Positions 60,091-64,000 of a stretch of 64,000 nt of DNA are shown here, piece after piece (positions within the stretch are counted from its first letter, which is position 1; every line of letters starts with the position of its first letter). This stretch comes from Cyanophora paradoxa CCMP329. Lineage: Eukaryota; Plantae; Glaucophyta. Both the position numbers and the translations under genes were made by a program. Location of the stretch: positions 62,001 to 126,000 of the forward strand of contig QPMI01000145.1 in assembly GCA_004431415.1 (NCBI GenBank), written 5' to 3'. The notes below the pieces were generated by a model, which did no database searches, was not told where the DNA came from, and saw nothing but the letters and a program-made list of their open reading frames with translations.

Positions 60091-60890
60091 CCCCGCTCCT
60101 GGCCCGTCACCCTTCCCGCCCGCCCCCCAGCTTCCCGATTCCAGCGCCTCACTCCCGCCACCCTCCAGCGCCCCGTGTACCCCACTCCCTGCCCTTCTCC
60201 CCCTCCCTACGCCTCGCCCCCTGCCGACCTCCCGTACCCCGCGCGCATGCACCTCGCCTTCCCCCTCCCCTCCTTTTCCACAGGACCAAGGACACCAACG
60301 CATCAGGCCCTCCTCAAGCTGCAGATCGATAGCTCACAGCTAGGATAAGATAGCAGGACGTCTTCCCTCTATGCCGCAGAGCCTCAGAGCTAGCCTAGGC
60401 GCCACCCCAGTCGATGGCAGCGACGGGGCGGCTGTTGTTGTCTTTAATAAGAACATTGCCCGGTTGGGCTTTTGCAAAAATACGTCTATATGGCGCCTGG
60501 GAGGGTTGCGGTTCACATGCCGGTGCACGCCAAGCTGGCTATCGTGCACGCCAAGCTGGCTATCGTCAAGCTGACGTGTATGGCGCCTGTGGGGCGGGGC
60601 CGATGCAATTGATGATATGATACTGTCATTAATACCGGTACCACACTAACACGTATACTAGTGGCCGCCGGGCGGTCGCTTTGCGGGGCGGGGCGCTCGT
60701 CCGCTTTATAATTATATTATATCATGATTTACTTATGAGAGTCCCATGTGCATCCCCTTTCTTTCGTTGCGGAGGGGCCAGCGCGGTTCAATCCCTCTAG
60801 ATGTTACACTCGTATGCATGCACTGGATATTCCAATATTCCAGGTTCAGGTTCAATATTCCAAGGACAGGCCAAGGTTCGCATGCATGCA

Positions 60891-63800
60891 CTAGGCCACG
60901 GAGCAGGTCTTTGGGCCGCCGCGGCCGCCGCCGCCGGCCTCGGCGGCGGCGCGGAGCTCGTCGGCCCGCCGGCGCGCCCGCGCGAGGCGCCCCCGCTGCT
61001 CCGCCACCGCCCGCTCCAGCGCCTCCGCCTCCCCGCCCCCGCCGCCGCCCCTGCGCCGGCCCCGGCGCCCGCGCCGGGGCGCGCGGGGGCCGCCCTCTGC
61101 TGGGACGGGCCCGGGGTCGACCAGGGCGGAATCGGGCCAGGCGTGAAAAAGGGGCGCGTGCACCTGGGCGGACGCGGGGCGCGCGGCGGTGGCTGCGGCT
61201 GCAGCCAGGCCCGGCAGCGACTCGAGCAGCGCGTCGAGGTTCTGCGCCCAGCCCCGCCCCGCCCCGGCGCCGGCGTCAGGGCGGACGGCTGCGGGCGGAG
61301 AAGACGGAAGAGATGCGAGAGAGCGGGGCGGGCCGACAGGAGGGCGACGTTGCCCTTGGTGACGTAGACGTAGGGCCCGGCCTCGGGGAAGAGGCCCTCC
61401 AGGAGCCCCTCCGGCGCCTGCGGCCGCGGGCCGGGGCCCGAGGGCGGAGGCCACTCAGGCAAGGCCGCAGCTGGCGCAGCGACGGATCGCGGCTGCGTGG
61501 ACCGCGCGCGCGCGCCTGGAGGTCGGAGACCATGACGGGCTTCAGGGGGCGCTTGTTCAGCTCCGCCAGCTACGAGCGAGCGAGGGCGTGAGGGGGGTAC
61601 AGGAGCCGCGGGGGGTACGGGTCGCGCCTGGAGGCGGTCGCGGAGGAGCGGGTCGGCGAGAGCGGCGGTGGAAAGGAGGGGCAGGAAGGCCGCGCACTGT
61701 ACCCCCGTACGCCGCGTCAGGCGGCGCGAAGCGGGGCGCGGCCACGGGGCGCGCGGGGCCGGGCGGGAGCAGACCTTCACGACCGCCCGGGCGCCCTCGT
61801 CGCCGGCCGGGGCGGCGCCGGCGGATTGTGGGCGCTGGGCGCCCCGCCGGAGCACTCGAGCCAGCAGCGGCGGCCGCGGTGGGCCAGGCCCCGCACGAAC
61901 TGGCCCGCAAACGCCGCGTCCTGACCCGGCGCGCCGTCTCGATCAGAGGTGGAAGCCCGCAGCGGGCTCTGCGGGGCGCGGACCGCGGCGTGGCACCAGA
62001 CGAAGAGGAATGGCTCCGCCTCGTCGACGGCGCAGCGGGCGCCGGGCGTCGCGAGCAGCGCCGCCGCCGCCTGCGCCAGCGCCTCCTGCCCGCGGCGCCG
62101 GCCCCGCCGGCCCCGCCCGTCGCCAGCCGCTGGGTCAGCGTGAGGGCGAAGGGCGGCAGTCCCGCAGCGAAGAGGGCGTCCCTGCGGGCGGGCGGGCGGG
62201 CGGGCGGCGTTGTAAAGTAGGCGGGGCGCCCCGGGCCGCCGCCCCAGGACCGCGCGCGGCGTACGTGGAGAGGTCCCTAAAGCCTCCCCGAGTCAGCCTG
62301 GCAGGGGCGGGCGGGAGAAGGCGGGGGAGGCTAGGGGCCGGGAGGAGGCGGACGCGAACTGCTGCTTCATCAGCGCCCCCTGCGCGCCCCGCCGAGTCGG
62401 GTGACCAAGAGGGGGGGGGGGAGGAGGGGTAGACGGACCTGCAGCTGGTCGTCCAGTGCGCACTTCTCGCGCCAGACGGGGTACACGGGCCTCCCCAGGC
62501 GCCGCGCGGCCGCCAGCTGCGCCCGGCACCGCGCCGAGGCCGCCCCCGCGGCGCTGCGCGCGGGGCGGGCGTGAGCGGCCGCCGGGTACCCCCCTGAAGC
62601 TCAAGACGGGTACCTGACGACGAAGATAAGGGCCTGCGCCCTGCGGAGGCCCGCCGCCTCCTGCGCGGCTGTGCGCGTCGGCCGGCGGCGAGCACGCGAG
62701 CGAGCGGGCCGCGCCGCACGCACGTCGGCCTCGCCGGCGTCGTCCAGCGCGCACTGCGGGGGCGGCCGGCCGGGGGCGGGCGGGCGGGCGCTCAGCGACC
62801 GCTCCCGGGTCCGCGCAAAGCTGCGCGGGGCACGCGTGCAAGCGGCGGGGCGCACGGTGACGTGGGCTGCCTCGAGGCCCTCGAGAAGCCGCCGCGCAAA
62901 GGCCGCGTCCTCCCCCGCGTGCCTGCGGAGATGAGGGCGGCTCGCCGAGCGAGGGGAAAAGAGAGGGAGGCGAGGCGAGGGAGGGGGGTGCGCACGCGAC
63001 AAACGCGTCGCGGATGCCGCCCGCGCGCTTCAGCGCCGCCTGCGGTCGCGGCGGGCGCGAGGGGCTCGAGCCCGCGGGAGTCTCAGGGGGGTACGGCGAA
63101 CCTGGAAGGTGACGTCGGGATGGGCCTGCACGACCATCCTGCGGCGAAAACGATTCAGGGGGGGTACAGGGGCGCGGGCCGGGGTCGCTCGCTTTCGGTT
63201 GGGTCCTTCACCGACAGTCCGCGCCGGGTCCGCCCCTGCAGAGTCCCGTCAGGGGAAAGGGTGGAGTAGGGGGGGTAGGAGAGGATTAGGCCTGCCCCGC
63301 TGCATGAGGAGGAGGCAGGCGTCGAGCATCGCGGGGCCCTGGCTGGCTGCATGGAAGAGGGGCGTGCGGCCCTCGCCGTCCGGAGTGCTGCAGCCCGCCC
63401 CGGCCCGCCGCCTCAGCAGCGCGGGGCGGGCTTGCGGGGCGGACGCGCGCGGCGAGGCGCACTCGAGGGCGCCCTTGGGGGCGGCCGCCGCGAGGCGCAG
63501 CGCCGTGATGCGGAAGCCGTGCCTGCGCGCGCCGCGGCCTCAGGATCAGGGCTGGTTGGCTGCCGGGGGGGAGGGGGAGGGAGGGTGGGGGGGGCGGGGC
63601 GGGGCGGGGGCGAGCCGCGCGGCGCACCGGCAGGCGGCGTGCAGGGCCGACTCCGATTCATCGTCATCGTCGTCCTCATCATCATCGTCGTCGTCCTCCC
63701 CGCCGTCGTCGTCCGCGTACCTGTTCAGGTGGTGGCGCACACGAGGTGCGCGCATTTAGGTGCACGCGAGAGAACGGGGGCCGCCCCCGCTTCTAGAAAG

Positions 63801-64000
63801 GGAGCTCGCCTTGCTAGCGCCTCCGCCCCGCCCCGCTCTTAGCTTGGGACCTAGCTCCCCCAGCCCTATCCTACCGCCGTCGTCGTCCGCGTACCTGTTC
63901 AGGTGGTGGCTCGTGATGCCCCCGCCCGGCCTCGTCCGGAACCTCCGGCGCTGCGGGCGGGCGGGCGGGCGGGCGATCGCGGGCGGGATCGATCCATTAT
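60891..64000 (-). CDS. Protein with two TIR-like domains, coiled-coil and C-terminal CaaX-like motif (5' end beyond window)
   Basis: Spliced reading RDAFVA/HAGEDAAFARRLLEGLEAAHVT/CALDD...LRRAQALIFVV. Second unit PFLFVWCHAA/DAAFAGQFVRGLAHRGRRCWLE...CAAFLPLLS...LAELNKRPLKPVMV. Ends GGPKTCSVA*. Confidence 0.62.
63700..63910. repeat. 37-bp direct repeat flanking a 137-bp insert
   Basis: CCGCCGTCGTCGTCCGCGTACCTGTTCAGGTGGTGGC at 63700-63736 and 63874-63910. Confidence 0.93.

Noticed and set aside
59002-60348. Extensin or collagen-like genes (six stacked 300-440 aa ORFs)
   Set aside because: The frames stay open only because the GC minisatellite lacks stop codons. There is no independent coding evidence.

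Overview
Very GC-rich, intron-dense eukaryotic nuclear DNA, probably from an alga or protist (the organism cannot be determined here). Introns are about 60-150 bp with GTGCGC or GC donors and a CTGAC branch motif. Host genes occupy both flanks. Left flank: a prodomain-less metacaspase (-) head-to-head with a Kelch-BTB gene (+). Right flank: an F-box/LRR-like gene (+), a divergent kinesin (-) head-to-head with spermidine synthase (+), and a tandem-TIR-domain gene (-). The central 35.4 kb (9891-45322) is a transposon nest lying entirely inside one 51-52 bp palindromic tandem-repeat array. It holds three same-orientation copies of an 8.5 kb tyrosine-recombinase (DIRS-order, split-direct-repeat) retrotransposon inserted without target-site duplication (TSD). 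Copy 0 is largely replaced by a ~12.6 kb LINE (APE-RT-RNase H-Zn knuckle plus a C-terminal Ulp1 protease, and an intron-containing upstream ORF). Copy 1 is essentially intact. Copy 2 is interrupted in RT by a 4.8 kb terminal-inverted-repeat element. That element carries two convergent spliced genes: a RAG1/Transib-like transposase half and a BAH-domain protein. It is the best candidate for an undescribed system. Many single-base frameshifts fall in homopolymers and may be long-read errors. All domain calls are by-eye motif recognition; no searches were run.
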